Virus record (IMG/VR): IMGVR_UViG_3300045988_173832
Source: a virus
DNA: 64,000 nt
Direction: 5' to 3' (one strand)
Part shown: positions 20,062 to 30,324 of the stretch, piece by piece
Position numbering within the stretch: position 1 is the stretch's first letter
How the letters are laid out: each line of letters starts with the position of its first letter
The notes under the pieces: model-generated
Told to the model about the DNA's origin: nothing
The model's input: only the letters and a program-made list of their open reading frames with translations
The model's database searches: none
Translations under genes and position numbers: made by a program

Positions 20062-20360
20062 AGAGTGCTGGGTGATGTGGATTTACTGTTTCACAGCATC
20101 TGCATTTATAACTTCTTTTATTTTCTTTATGCTTTTTATATTTATTGCTAGAATATTAATTACACTTAGATGATGATTATACCAATGCAAAATCATGAAA
20201 GACACATAAGCATCAAAGCACGGATCCGTGCTTAGGAATTATCCATATAGTTGTTGCAATGACTTCTAGGAATACATAAAGTCTTTGATAAGATGATACT
20301 TGTGACAAATGCAGCTGCCGATATTCAGAGAGGTATCAGTTTATAAATTGTGAGGGAACT

Positions 20361-20597
20361 ATGTCATTGGAAGAATTACTAAAAATGTTGGGAAGTAAGC
20401 ACCCACTACGTGAAAATCCAATTAAGGAAGTTATTGATGGAGATGAGCACATGAATTACTTAACAATATCTGGATGGAAGGCATATGATCGACTTACATC
20501 ACTTATTTTTGCTCTTGATACACTATGTCCAGGAACAATCAATATTGATTCTCTTATTGATGAGCTCGATTATCTTGTAGATAATGAACTGTACTAG
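20361..20597 (+). CDS. hypothetical protein (78 aa)
   Basis: ORF track. Confidence 0.35.
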   Translation: MSLEELLKMLGSKHPLRENPIKEVIDGDEHMNYLTISGWKAYDRLTSLIFALDTLCPGTINIDSLIDELDYLVDNELY

Positions 20598-20645
20598 ACA
20601 TGAGGCAACTCTACCAAACATGTAAATCAGAATCGGAGGAATATT

Positions 20646-20972
20646 ATGACAATTAGAGATTATTGTAAAGATTTCACAGAAGCAAATGACGAAAAGCGGC
20701 TAATCATCGTGGACGGGCAGACGCACGGTGTTTTAGCGGATTGCAAAATGATGATCATGCAAAATAGCCAAACTCGTCAATATGAACTGTGCACTATGAT
20801 GCACGAAGAATTTTTGGATGCTGAAATAATAGATGCTATTGATACGCAAATTGCTATAACATTTGTTATTCATCCAACTCTTATTAACAGTCATATACCA
20901 GTAAAGATAGTTTTGACTCAAGTCAGTAATAGCAGAGACAGTAACAAAGACAAGAGCGAATGCATTTGCTAA
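20646..20972 (+). CDS. hypothetical protein (108 aa)
   Basis: GGAGG RBS. Confidence 0.4.
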   Translation: MTIRDYCKDFTEANDEKRLIIVDGQTHGVLADCKMMIMQNSQTRQYELCTMMHEEFLDAEIIDAIDTQIAITFVIHPTLINSHIPVKIVLTQVSNSRDSNKDKSECIC

Positions 20973-20979
20973 ATCTATT

Positions 20980-21291
20980 ATGCTTGCATTGGTTATTTTA
21001 GCAGGAATATTTTTAATCAATGTAGTAATATATCCACCGCAGCCAAGCGAACTTATAAAAGGCACTGCAGATTTTACTATTGTTGATAAGTTTACTTTAT
21101 CCGATAATTCAAAAAGTAACAACTATGTACGCTTACATTGCAAAGACTTGAATATTCAGATTATGATATGTGATAGTCAGATATATAGACATAGTAATTT
21201 GGGTACAAGCGTATCATTGCCTTATACATATCAGTATAGTAAGTATACATTTCCTACAACAAATTGTATCTTAGTGGAGGATTTGCCATGA
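20980..21291 (+). CDS. hypothetical protein with N-terminal TM (103 aa)
   Basis: ORF track. Confidence 0.4.
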   Translation: MLALVILAGIFLINVVIYPPQPSELIKGTADFTIVDKFTLSDNSKSNNYVRLHCKDLNIQIMICDSQIYRHSNLGTSVSLPYTYQYSKYTFPTTNCILVEDLP

Positions 21292-22539
21292 ATATCAAAA
21301 GATCACTTATAATATCTTTAGCAGTTGCAATGTTAGCAGTTACCCCCCCCCCATACATTAATACAACATGCCAGCGCAAGTACTGTTGTCTCTGCAACCA
21401 AAATCTCACACAGCTATCCTTATCACTGCAATGAAGGTAGTTATGACGCATCACAGAGTCCTTATGATGGTACTTGGTATGTAAGGGATAAAAAATTATG
21501 TAAGCATGGATCTTTAGCGCCACATCTTTACGATGACAAAGGATATTGCAATTATATTTTGCATGATATAACTGCTGTTGATACAAAACTTGTTATGGAT
21601 TATGAGGGCACTTATCATGGATATCCTGAACCATGTCTTTATGAATTCAATGTTGAAGATATTGCAGCAGATTTAGTGGCATCTGGAATACCTATGACAG
21701 TCTCTATATCTGGACCGATGTATGAGAATAAGTATTTTATTGCAGGGTATAAATATAAACTTAAGACATCGTGTCCTTATCACGTACCGCTACTATTATC
21801 CTCTAAGGCAGGTGTATTTATAGATGCATATTCAGATGAGGTTGAGGTAATTCCAGAGCAATTAATAGGCCACTCTCTAAGCGTAGGCACATTATCTGGG
21901 CAGATATCTATTGCAAAACGTGATACTAAGACAGTAACTCATGATGCCTTAGCTTGTAGCGAAGGATTTCGGAAGATAATTGGTACGCATAAAGATGTAC
22001 ATAGTTCACCAGGAGAAAATCACACAATTTATGATGATAAAGGTAATGCAATTGGTGGATATGGAACAACAAATCATTACTGTGCATATTGTAGAACCTC
22101 ATGGCAAACTGGGGGCAATGCTGTAACTCCAGGATATACAGGAGATGTTTATGACAAAAATGGAAATAAGGTAGGCAGCATATCTGAATCTGATTGGGGC
22201 TCAGATAATACAGGATTAAAATTGATTTTACTTAATGGACTGCCATGGTCAACACAGCCTGTGACGGAAAGTAATGCATGTATAACTGCGAAGTATGATG
22301 TTTGCAGTGAGCATGCTAATTATGTAGGTCCACATTATTTTTGTCCAGATCACGGCTATGTGGGAACATCTGGATACTGTACATATGCACTGGATGGTAA
22401 GCCATTATATGCAGACACAAAATGCTATGGATTTTCAGGAAATGGGTTTGACAGTATTTCAGTGTATAGTGTGACAATTAAAGGAGTCAACGGTGCTACA
22501 GGATATGTGGATTATGTTTCTTCTGTGCAGGTGTCTTAA
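21288..22539 (+). CDS. secreted Cys-rich protein, phase-variable: signal-peptide exon (ATG 21288) is out of frame with ORF 21559..22539 because of a C10 tract at 21343-21352; 9 or 12 C would restore one 417-aa ORF
   Basis: Manual translation: deleting one C fuses MNIKRSLIISLAVAMLAVTPP... in frame to ...LHDITAVDTKL...; paralog of 24526..26013. Confidence 0.6.
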
Positions 22540-22550
22540 ATCATTTACAT

Positions 22551-22760
22551 ATGTCAAAGAAAACGAAATATCATATTACTACTGACCAAGGCACTGAAAT
22601 ATCCTCTGGCGTAGGGACATCTGTTCCATTTACTATGCAGGATGAAAATATCATTATAAAGTTGGAACCAGATAAGCTAACTCAAACAGTCACAATACAG
22701 GGTTCATTGCATAAAACGTATAATACAAAAACATTTAATCTAAGCGCAACTGTTTCATGA
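22551..22760 (+). CDS. small protein corresponding to the conserved C-terminal cassette of the secreted family (...KTFNLSATVS)
   Basis: Similarity to C-termini of 23503, 24526 and the 26035 fragment. Confidence 0.4.
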   Translation: MSKKTKYHITTDQGTEISSGVGTSVPFTMQDENIIIKLEPDKLTQTVTIQGSLHKTYNTKTFNLSATVS

Positions 22761-22775
22761 CAAGGAGAAATAATC

Positions 22776-23489
22776 ATGAATATTAAACGAGCAATAAGTA
22801 CAGCTTTAGCAGTTATCTTAGTAGTTACTCCCCCCCACCCCCTGAGAGAGGTTAGCGCAGCTTCTTTTTGCCAGGAATATCATCTGCTGAAGGATACCTA
22901 CAATGCGTGGGCTTCTCGTGATGATGTTGTGAAATTGCTTGGAGTTAACCCAGACAGTCACACCTTCAATAACATACATAGCGGTAGTCATGAAGAATCG
23001 ACAGGAGCTCCATCCGGAACTCCACAGTATGTTTATCTGTCTTTTATAAGAATCTACATTGACCCTAGACTGACGGGTACTTTTGAACTTCATACATTTC
23101 ATTTCGCGCATGATGACACAATGACATATAATGAATCTTCTAGTGGACTATATCAAGTATATAAGGGTTCAACTGATAGCTATCCTACATTAGGCACTAT
23201 AGATATAAGATACGTGCCATCACAGGAAGATTTAAGCCGCGGAGTCTCATTTGTGAAAACAGATTCAAAAACTAGAGCTGTTCCTTCAGATTTTGCAAAA
23301 GTAGATCCACTGGCATCTAGCTTTAATATATCTGTTGGAACTGATGACACTTGCGCCTTCACATTATCAGATATGCTATCCTATGCACAGTATGGTGTCT
23401 TTAAACAGCCACAGGAAATATCTATTTGTAAGAACCAGTTGGCAGTGTATAATCAAGCAGCATTTAATATTATGGTCAGTATTACATAG
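22776..23489 (+). CDS. secreted protein, MNIK-family paralog (signal peptide + C7AC5 tract, in frame)
   Basis: MNIKRAISTALAVILVVTPPHP signal peptide; family resemblance. Confidence 0.6.
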   Translation: MNIKRAISTALAVILVVTPPHPLREVSAASFCQEYHLLKDTYNAWASRDDVVKLLGVNPDSHTFNNIHSGSHEESTGAPSGTPQYVYLSFIRIYIDPRLTGTFELHTFHFAHDDTMTYNESSSGLYQVYKGSTDSYPTLGTIDIRYVPSQEDLSRGVSFVKTDSKTRAVPSDFAKVDPLASSFNISVGTDDTCAFTLSDMLSYAQYGVFKQPQEISICKNQLAVYNQAAFNIMVSIT

Positions 23490-23502
23490 GAGGATATAAT
23501 AA

Positions 23503-24219
23503 ATGAACGTTAAGAAACAAATTACTATATTATTAGCAGTTTCTATGCTTGCACTTACCACACCCCCGCTTATGCAAGGAGGCTGCCTAACTGCTAAAGC
23601 AGTAACATCTACATCTTCAGCTGAAGAGATTGCTAAAGACTTATTTGAGTATAAAGATGGTGTATTTAAGGCAATCAGTGCAAGAGTATCATATAGTTAT
23701 GATCCTAATAATCCTAATCATGAAACAGGACATGGTCATGGATCTAGTGTTGTTATTGATCCTCGAATAACAGGAAAAGTTGAAGTTTATGCACAACGAG
23801 TCAGTAGTAACTCTGAAGAGGAAATTATGGGTAATAGAAGCAGTTGTTCTTGGTCATTTTCAGTCAATGAAAGAGGTGAATACTCTGGATATAGTAAAAT
23901 AAGAATAGAATATACACCGTCGAAAGAAGACATTGCAAATGGCGCTGTTGTATTAAGAACGCCTCAGCCATTAACATATGCAGGATCTAATGATTTAGTC
24001 TATTTTAATGGTTCAAGGCAATATATCTCAATGATAACGACTCCTGAATCTACATATAAGTATAGCACAGAATACTTAGGATATGGTATAACCTTTAAAG
24101 ATGTAGTTAAATATGCATTTCCAACTGCATTTCAAGAGCCACAAACAATTATAGTAACAACACCTTGTACAACGATATATAATAAGCCACAGTTTAATCT
24201 AGGAGCATCAGTTTCATAA
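23503..24219 (+). CDS. secreted protein, MNIK-family paralog (C-terminus ...QFNLGASVS)
   Basis: MNVKKQITILLAVSMLALTTPP signal peptide; C5 tract. Confidence 0.6.
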   Translation: MNVKKQITILLAVSMLALTTPPLMQGGCLTAKAVTSTSSAEEIAKDLFEYKDGVFKAISARVSYSYDPNNPNHETGHGHGSSVVIDPRITGKVEVYAQRVSSNSEEEIMGNRSSCSWSFSVNERGEYSGYSKIRIEYTPSKEDIANGAVVLRTPQPLTYAGSNDLVYFNGSRQYISMITTPESTYKYSTEYLGYGITFKDVVKYAFPTAFQEPQTIIVTTPCTTIYNKPQFNLGASVS

Positions 24220-24231
24220 AAATGAGGCATT

Positions 24232-24500
24232 ATGCATATCAAGAAAACTTTGGTAGTCGCAGTATTTGCACTACTGTTATTTACTCCCCGCTAACTAGTC
24301 TCAAAGAACTTATTAGCCACTAAATTATCTGAAGAAGGATATGGTACTGAGCAAATGCAAATACCAGGTGGTACAATTTGCTTTTTGCTTGCAGATGTGA
24401 TTTCATATGGGAAATATGGTGTTTTTAAGCAATCACAAGATATCACAGTAGATAGTACTAAATCAGTAACATATAACCAATTATCGTTCAATCTATGAGT
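24232..24500 (+). pseudogene. degenerate mini-paralog: signal peptide MHIKKTLVVAVFALLLFTPR, in-frame TAA, then C-terminal-cassette-like sequence (...YGKYGVFKQSQD..LSFNL)
   Basis: Manual translation across stop at about 24292; resembles C-terminus of 22776. Confidence 0.4.
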
Positions 24501-24525
24501 TACAATTTCCTAGAAAGGAGTAACT

Positions 24526-26013
24526 ATGAATATAAAGAAAATAGCAATGAGCTTAGCAGCAAGTTTACTAATGCTAGTTTTATCTCCTCCCCAACTGGTC
24601 AATCTAGCAAGCGCAGAAACTGTAGTTGTTGATTCATGTTTTACTCAAGTAGGAGCAATAAATTATTCAGCATACTGTTCAGATTGCAACTATGCAATAC
24701 AACAAATAACAACTCCTGACAATAAGCATTATTGGAGGATGGCGGACAGTGCTAAAATGTGCAGCCATGGCTCTTATAACCCACACTATTATAATCCAAG
24801 TACAGGTGAGTGTTCTGGAAGAGTAACAGGAGTTGATTATTCAACTGCAGTACCAATCAGAGAAGGACAACCATCTCTCAGCGCAGTACCGTATTATACA
24901 TTCGATCCTATTTTAGCAGCTGCACCTCTTAGAAAGTATGCACAGAATGTAAGTGTATCTTATACAGGAAATCTATACCAAGGTAGTTATTATATTTACG
25001 GTAAGTCTTACACTCTATCTATAAAATCATCAAGTCATATTCCAATTACAGTTGAGAATTCATCTTTACTCTATGATGCATATAATATGAACACCAGTGT
25101 ACCTGTAAGTTCAAGTCTGTATACTATTGGGACATTATCAGGAGATGTTACTTTGTATTTAGGCCTTGGCAGACTTCAGCATAGAACAACTCTATGTCCA
25201 AATAGTCAGCCAGTCTTAACGGGATCACATAAAAATGCTCATGAGGTAAGTTCTTGGTCAGAGAACTATAACGACGGTAATGGTAATATCATAGGTGGTG
25301 CTGGCGGAGCTAAGTTTGAGTGTTCAGCTTGTGGTGCGGCATGGACAGTGTCTGGAGGTGGGCTTACTACTCCTGGATACTCAGGTTCAATCTACAATAG
25401 TGATGGAGATCTAGTAGGAGGAATATCATCATCTAGTGGTACAACGAGCTCTTGGGGTGTGGGTCTTATGCTCGAACGCGGTGATTTTAATTATTCAGCT
25501 GGATCAAGTCTGGTTAGAAAAAATCCATGCTATACAGCAACTTATCCTGTATGTACCAAACATGATAACGCAGTAGGTGCACATTTTTATTGTGAAAGAC
25601 ATAATTATTATGGGTTGTCAACCCTTTGCCCATTCGATGATAGAGGTAATCTCTTATATAAAGATGCCAGAGTGTATCAGTTTTATGATCAAAAAGATGA
25701 AACAAGGGTATACTCTTGTAATTTGTCATGTGCACGTGGAACATTAGTGTATGCCAATTATGCATCTACAGTTCCGGGTGGGCATATTACACTAACTAAC
25801 GCAACAAACAGTGACGCAAAATATACAGTCATTGCTAATTCCAAGACTGTTGCATCAGGTGTTCTAACATCAAGTGCTACTTTTGATATGCCTAGTGCAG
25901 ATGTCGTAGTCTATGTCGAGCCGGTTAAGCTTGCACAAAATGTTTCAGTATTAACGAGTTATACAATGCACTATAATAATCAAACATTCGATCTGCAAGC
26001 AGTTGTCTTTTAG
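24526..26013 (+). CDS. large secreted Cys-rich protein, paralog of 21559..22539
   Basis: Signal peptide; shared CxxCG..W..GG..TPGY and C..H.N.VG.H..C..H.Y motifs with 21559 ORF. Confidence 0.6.
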   Translation: MNIKKIAMSLAASLLMLVLSPPQLVNLASAETVVVDSCFTQVGAINYSAYCSDCNYAIQQITTPDNKHYWRMADSAKMCSHGSYNPHYYNPSTGECSGRVTGVDYSTAVPIREGQPSLSAVPYYTFDPILAAAPLRKYAQNVSVSYTGNLYQGSYYIYGKSYTLSIKSSSHIPITVENSSLLYDAYNMNTSVPVSSSLYTIGTLSGDVTLYLGLGRLQHRTTLCPNSQPVLTGSHKNAHEVSSWSENYNDGNGNIIGGAGGAKFECSACGAAWTVSGGGLTTPGYSGSIYNSDGDLVGGISSSSGTTSSWGVGLMLERGDFNYSAGSSLVRKNPCYTATYPVCTKHDNAVGAHFYCERHNYYGLSTLCPFDDRGNLLYKDARVYQFYDQKDETRVYSCNLSCARGTLVYANYASTVPGGHITLTNATNSDAKYTVIANSKTVASGVLTSSATFDMPSADVVVYVEPVKLAQNVSVLTSYTMHYNNQTFDLQAVVF

Positions 26014-26034
26014 AGAGGATACTTGTAAAAGTAA

Positions 26035-26232
26035 AGAAACATTATTAGAAGTGGTAACGCTACATCTATAACTGATACATTGAAAGTAAATGAGGCTGTG
26101 ACATATACAACTTACGGATTAACCAGTATTTCATTGGAAGCTTCAAAACTAACACAGGCATTATCAATTCAGAACAGATTTAGCAAGCAGTACAACAGTA
26201 CTAAATTTAACTTAGGAGTAGCAGTTACATAA
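26035..26232 (+). pseudogene. orphan copy of the family C-terminal cassette (no start codon), same frame as 24526 ORF after TAG/TAA/TAA stops; ends ...KFNLGVAVT
   Basis: Manual translation of open frame 26035-26229. Confidence 0.35.
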
Positions 26233-26760
26233 ATGAAACTCTTTAACTCAATCATGTTAGGCCTAGCAATCGGACTATTAATCTTTAGTGGCGTGTTGCT
26301 AGGCTTATCTTCACAAATAAACAATCTTATACAGGCAGATTATGTTGAATTTGCAAAAGAACAGGTTGCCATAAATAAGCAGAATAGCACATTGATTGTA
26401 TCATCGTCTCATCCGGAAGGTATTATTCTCGACGATCCAACTAGTGAATTTCATCAGACACTTTTAATACCTGAGCATCCCGGCAAGTATACGGTCTCGC
26501 TCGTTGATATCTATTTGCCAAGTGTTGCTGTTTTTATTCCAAATGTATGGAATTGCTTTAACTATCAACCATCAACGATAAAAGTCGCTACACTGCAAGA
26601 TGCTGACGTGTCATCTTTAGTAGACGCGGAAATAAATTATGTTACAGCACAATGCAATGTGACATATCAAAATATGGCATTATTGCTTGTTACACAAATT
26701 GCAATATCTGCTTTACTTATATGTTTAGCTTTAGCAGGATTAAAAGACAGAGAGGATTAA
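26233..26760 (+). CDS. bitopic membrane protein (175 aa)
   Basis: N- and C-terminal hydrophobic helices. Confidence 0.45.
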   Translation: MKLFNSIMLGLAIGLLIFSGVLLGLSSQINNLIQADYVEFAKEQVAINKQNSTLIVSSSHPEGIILDDPTSEFHQTLLIPEHPGKYTVSLVDIYLPSVAVFIPNVWNCFNYQPSTIKVATLQDADVSSLVDAEINYVTAQCNVTYQNMALLLVTQIAISALLICLALAGLKDRED

Positions 26761-26764
26761 TCAT

Positions 26765-27007
26765 ATGGATGTACCTTTTTGGGTAGCTGTGCCAGATTAT
26801 GGTGGAATAGCATGCCAATCATTTGAGTATATCTTAGATGCACCTGGTCACCCACATGCATTCTTATCAGAAGATGAGTTATCTGTATACATAGCAACTA
26901 GACATTTATCACAAGGCATTACAGAATATCTTCAGTATTATTCCATACCAACAGAAGATTGTCCAACACCGGAGAGACTTTATATTACCACACCTCTACT
27001 AGTATAA
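26765..27007 (+). CDS. hypothetical protein (80 aa)
   Basis: ORF track. Confidence 0.35.
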   Translation: MDVPFWVAVPDYGGIACQSFEYILDAPGHPHAFLSEDELSVYIATRHLSQGITEYLQYYSIPTEDCPTPERLYITTPLLV

Positions 27008-27045
27008 AATGATTACAAAAATACAATTATACTGGAGGAAATATT

Positions 27046-27321
27046 ATGACGTACTACTTTACCTATGGCGCAGATAATACAATGTTTCATAAAGGAGGTT
27101 GGACGCGGTTAGATTGTCCCGAGGGAACGACAACGGAACAAGCAATTGCAATCTTTACAGCACTTCGTCCATCTCATGGTGAAAGATATGCACATTTTGC
27201 AGGTGTGTATCCAGCAGTTATATTTCATGAAACAAACATATATCTTAACGGAGATAACTGGGGGTATCGCGAGCATGATCATATAACTATTTTGGAGGAA
27301 TCAAATGAAGTTGGGATTTGA
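27046..27321 (+). CDS. hypothetical protein (91 aa)
   Basis: GGAGG RBS. Confidence 0.4.
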   Translation: MTYYFTYGADNTMFHKGGWTRLDCPEGTTTEQAIAIFTALRPSHGERYAHFAGVYPAVIFHETNIYLNGDNWGYREHDHITILEESNEVGI

Positions 27322-27889
27322 TATAGACGATGTCCTTTACAAAACATCAGTTATGATAGAACATGAGGTACCCAATATAATGCACAGTATGAATCTCAGA
27401 CCAGAGTTTGATATGTCAGCATATGAATGGGAGGATATGTTCAAACTACCGATGCATGTAATAAAGCAGATACTAAATCAGATGTCATTTGATACACTGG
27501 AATATGTGGACCCTTTAGCAGTGCGAGCAATTAAACAGTACAAGCAGATTCATCCAGATATACAGCTTGCAATTGTGACTAAACGCAATAGAACATCTAC
27601 TGAAATCATAGCAAAATACATAGAAGATTACTTTTATCTCAACTTTGATGAAATTTACACAGACGCTGGAGGAGAGATTTCTAAACTTGAAGTTTGCAAA
27701 CGTAATCAGGTAGACATTCTTTTTGATGATCACCAACGAAATGTAATGCCATTTATAAAGGTTAGCAATCCTTTAGCAGTATTGGTATCTACACCTGCTG
27801 TAAAGCATAATAAAAGATTTGCAGAGACATACCCTCATGTTCTTACAGATTGGAGCGACCTGCATACAATACTTGACAATCTGGTTTAG
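27305..27889 (+). CDS. HAD-superfamily hydrolase, 5'(3')-deoxyribonucleotidase-like
   Basis: HAD motif I FDIDDVL at N-terminus, motif II VTKRN(R)T, motif IV FDDHQ. Confidence 0.5.
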   Translation: MKLGFDIDDVLYKTSVMIEHEVPNIMHSMNLRPEFDMSAYEWEDMFKLPMHVIKQILNQMSFDTLEYVDPLAVRAIKQYKQIHPDIQLAIVTKRNRTSTEIIAKYIEDYFYLNFDEIYTDAGGEISKLEVCKRNQVDILFDDHQRNVMPFIKVSNPLAVLVSTPAVKHNKRFAETYPHVLTDWSDLHTILDNLV

Positions 27890-27922
27890 CAGTAGTATAA
27901 TAATATAAAGAGGTGAACAATT

Positions 27923-28699
27923 ATGCTAGACTTAAGATACTTAAAGTGGGATGATACAACAGCACATGGTAGTAGCTTTGGTATGCTTAACAAGGCAGAG
28001 GAGTTCACCTCAACTGGGAAACATTTTTATTATAAGATGTCGCGTATGCAAGGTAGCAGCGTTGTAGGACATGAAGCAATTTTTGAATATATTGCATCAA
28101 GGGTCTTGGACGTGCTCGACATTCCTCATGTTAGTTATAATCTGCTTCCAGCCAACATATTCTTAAGAAATAAAGAGCTTAAAACAGTTATATGCCAATC
28201 AGAAGATTACAAGCAATCAGAAGATGAAGCCATTCCAATTTGTGAATACTGTCTAGAGCAATCTTTAGCAGAGCAGACAATAGTTAATGATTTTGGATTA
28301 AAGTCTCTATTTCAAATATATTTAGTAGACTTCATTCTCAACAATGTTGATAGACACGGGTATAACATTGAGATTGTGAATGGCATGAAGATTGCCCCAT
28401 TATTTGACCACGGAAACAGCTTGTTATACTGGGCGCCAAATGAAGAATCCGTACGCTCTTACGATGTTATGACTGACTCGCCAACAAATAATTATATAGG
28501 TGATGAGAGCCTATATATTAACTTGCATAAAATAAGTCATCCTGTCTCAGTTACTGCTTTAACTGAACGAGCTCGTTCTTACATTTTTTATAATGTGAAA
28601 AACGAGTTTCTTCCACAGCAAATTAAGGATAAGACTTGGGAAATGATTTGGAGGAGATACAACTATGCCAAAGACAAGGACTTTCTTGTTGAAAGATGA
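27923..28699 (+). CDS. HipA-like kinase-fold protein (catalytic-loop-like NNVDRHGYN and DFG-like FDHG)
   Basis: Motif resemblance only. Confidence 0.4.
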   Translation: MLDLRYLKWDDTTAHGSSFGMLNKAEEFTSTGKHFYYKMSRMQGSSVVGHEAIFEYIASRVLDVLDIPHVSYNLLPANIFLRNKELKTVICQSEDYKQSEDEAIPICEYCLEQSLAEQTIVNDFGLKSLFQIYLVDFILNNVDRHGYNIEIVNGMKIAPLFDHGNSLLYWAPNEESVRSYDVMTDSPTNNYIGDESLYINLHKISHPVSVTALTERARSYIFYNVKNEFLPQQIKDKTWEMIWRRYNYAKDKDFLVER

Positions 28700-29033
28700 G
28701 CGACACCCACAGAAACCAGTAGCTACTTTAGCAGTTGTTGAAACAGGCAAACATAGCACTAATCAGTATACTATAAAAGTGCATGCAGACAGTAATCCAT
28801 CGCTTTCCTTAAAGGTTCTAGTTAAACATGCAGGAACAACAACAATTACAGGCAAACGTGCAGCAGACTGGATAGCAGGAAGAGCGACTCCAGCCGGACG
28901 ACAAAATATAGGTGATGTATTACATGCTGTTGGGCTGAGATCTTATGATGCTTGGGGTATTGTACAGGGACACAAGTGCAGATGCACCAGAGATCATATT
29001 TATATGGAGGAAATACAGGACGATCATAAGTGA
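28665..29033 (+). CDS. hypothetical protein (122 aa), GC-richer codons
   Basis: ORF track. Confidence 0.35.
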   Translation: MPKTRTFLLKDERHPQKPVATLAVVETGKHSTNQYTIKVHADSNPSLSLKVLVKHAGTTTITGKRAADWIAGRATPAGRQNIGDVLHAVGLRSYDAWGIVQGHKCRCTRDHIYMEEIQDDHK

Positions 29034-29062
29034 CCGTCCTGTGTTTGTTTAGAAGGAGTAAA

Positions 29063-30130
29063 ATGAAAACAAAATCTGAATTATTTGAAAAGCTTAGATG
29101 TCCAAGTCAGAGCGATAAGATACTGCTGCTTACTCACACAGATCTTGACGGTGCAGGAGCAGCAATCTTAGCACGCCTTCATTATGCTGATGTAACAGTT
29201 AAACATTGCCCCAATAATACAATGAGCAGAGATATTCTTGAAGCATGTTTAGCAGAACCTAATGAATATGACTTCATTTTTGCTTGTGATATCTCATGTA
29301 ATGACGAAGATGCTGAGAGCATCGAAGCTTCTCCTTGGGCAAGAGACCATTTTGTTCTTATCGATCATCATCCAACTGCAATGTGCCTGAATTCCTATAA
29401 CTGGGCAGTTATTTACTCAGATATGGTTGCAGATAGCTTCAGAGTAAAGGAGTACCCTGACCCTAGTCTAGGTCATTCTTCAGGAACTGGGCTGTTTTAT
29501 GATTATCTATGTTTTAATTATAAAGATGATAATATGCACCCAGCTGTTAAAGAGTTTGTTCGTTTAGTCTCAATGTATGATACCTGGGATTGGACAACTA
29601 TCTTTAACTGTACAGAAGCAAAAGAGTTATCAGCACTATGCTTCCTATACGGATTAGAGTATTTTGAAGAAACAATGAACGACAGATTGTCTGATTCTTC
29701 TTGTAAGTGTTTATTTAATTATACAGATCAGATTATTCTCAAATGCGAAGAGAATAAGATTAAATCACACATCGAGCGCATTCGCAAGTCATACAAATAT
29801 GGTACCATTACTTTAGCAGGAGTAATATATAATATTGTCTATTGTGCAACATCTAATTATCTTCCTCAGACTTTTGAGGATATGAAAATCAGATATCCAG
29901 ATAGAGATATTTATATGATTAATTGTGGGAACACAATATCAATGCGCTCATGTAAAGATGATATTGACATTGGACCTATTGCAAAACAACTTGGCGGTGG
30001 TGGACACGCCAAAGCAGCAGGTGTGCCAATTCCATATGAAAAGCAGATAGCATACTTTGAGTCTGCAATAGGATCTAAATTTAATTATCAGCTAGATAAT
30101 GAGCAAACAAACTTCTTTAGCAGGAGGTGA
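29063..30130 (+). CDS. DHH/DHHA1-family phosphoesterase (NrnA / pAp-phosphatase / cyclic-dinucleotide phosphodiesterase-like)
   Basis: Motifs THTDLDGAG (DxD), LIDHHP (DHH), GGGGHAKAAG (GGGH); ATG 29063 with GAAGGAG RBS. Confidence 0.7.
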   Translation: MKTKSELFEKLRCPSQSDKILLLTHTDLDGAGAAILARLHYADVTVKHCPNNTMSRDILEACLAEPNEYDFIFACDISCNDEDAESIEASPWARDHFVLIDHHPTAMCLNSYNWAVIYSDMVADSFRVKEYPDPSLGHSSGTGLFYDYLCFNYKDDNMHPAVKEFVRLVSMYDTWDWTTIFNCTEAKELSALCFLYGLEYFEETMNDRLSDSSCKCLFNYTDQIILKCEENKIKSHIERIRKSYKYGTITLAGVIYNIVYCATSNYLPQTFEDMKIRYPDRDIYMINCGNTISMRSCKDDIDIGPIAKQLGGGGHAKAAGVPIPYEKQIAYFESAIGSKFNYQLDNEQTNFFSRR

Positions 30131-30135
30131 AAGTT

Positions 30136-30324
30136 ATGGAAGAGTTTGAGTCACTTGCACAGCAGATTGAGCAAATGTCAAAAGAAAGTACTACATCTAG
30201 CTCAGAGATGGAGTTAAAGCATGAGCTTCCACCTTATAAGGTTTCACCACAGGATGTTGCTAGTTATAAGTTTGATGCATCTAAACTTTCAAAATCTTTA
30301 ACAGTATCTTTCGACAAGAAGTAA
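30136..30324 (+). CDS. small hypothetical protein; ATG preceded by CTTTAGCAGGAGG
   Basis: ORF track (30127..30324), AGGAGG RBS 8 nt upstream of ATG 30136. Confidence 0.35.
   Translation: MEEFESLAQQIEQMSKESTTSSSEMELKHELPPYKVSPQDVASYKFDASKLSKSLTVSFDKK

Noticed and set aside
20216-20233. Palindrome aagcacggatccgtgctt in the 300-bp intergenic region
   Set aside because: A perfect 18-bp palindrome with no T-tract. It could be an operator or a restriction-site-like palindrome, but evidence is insufficient.
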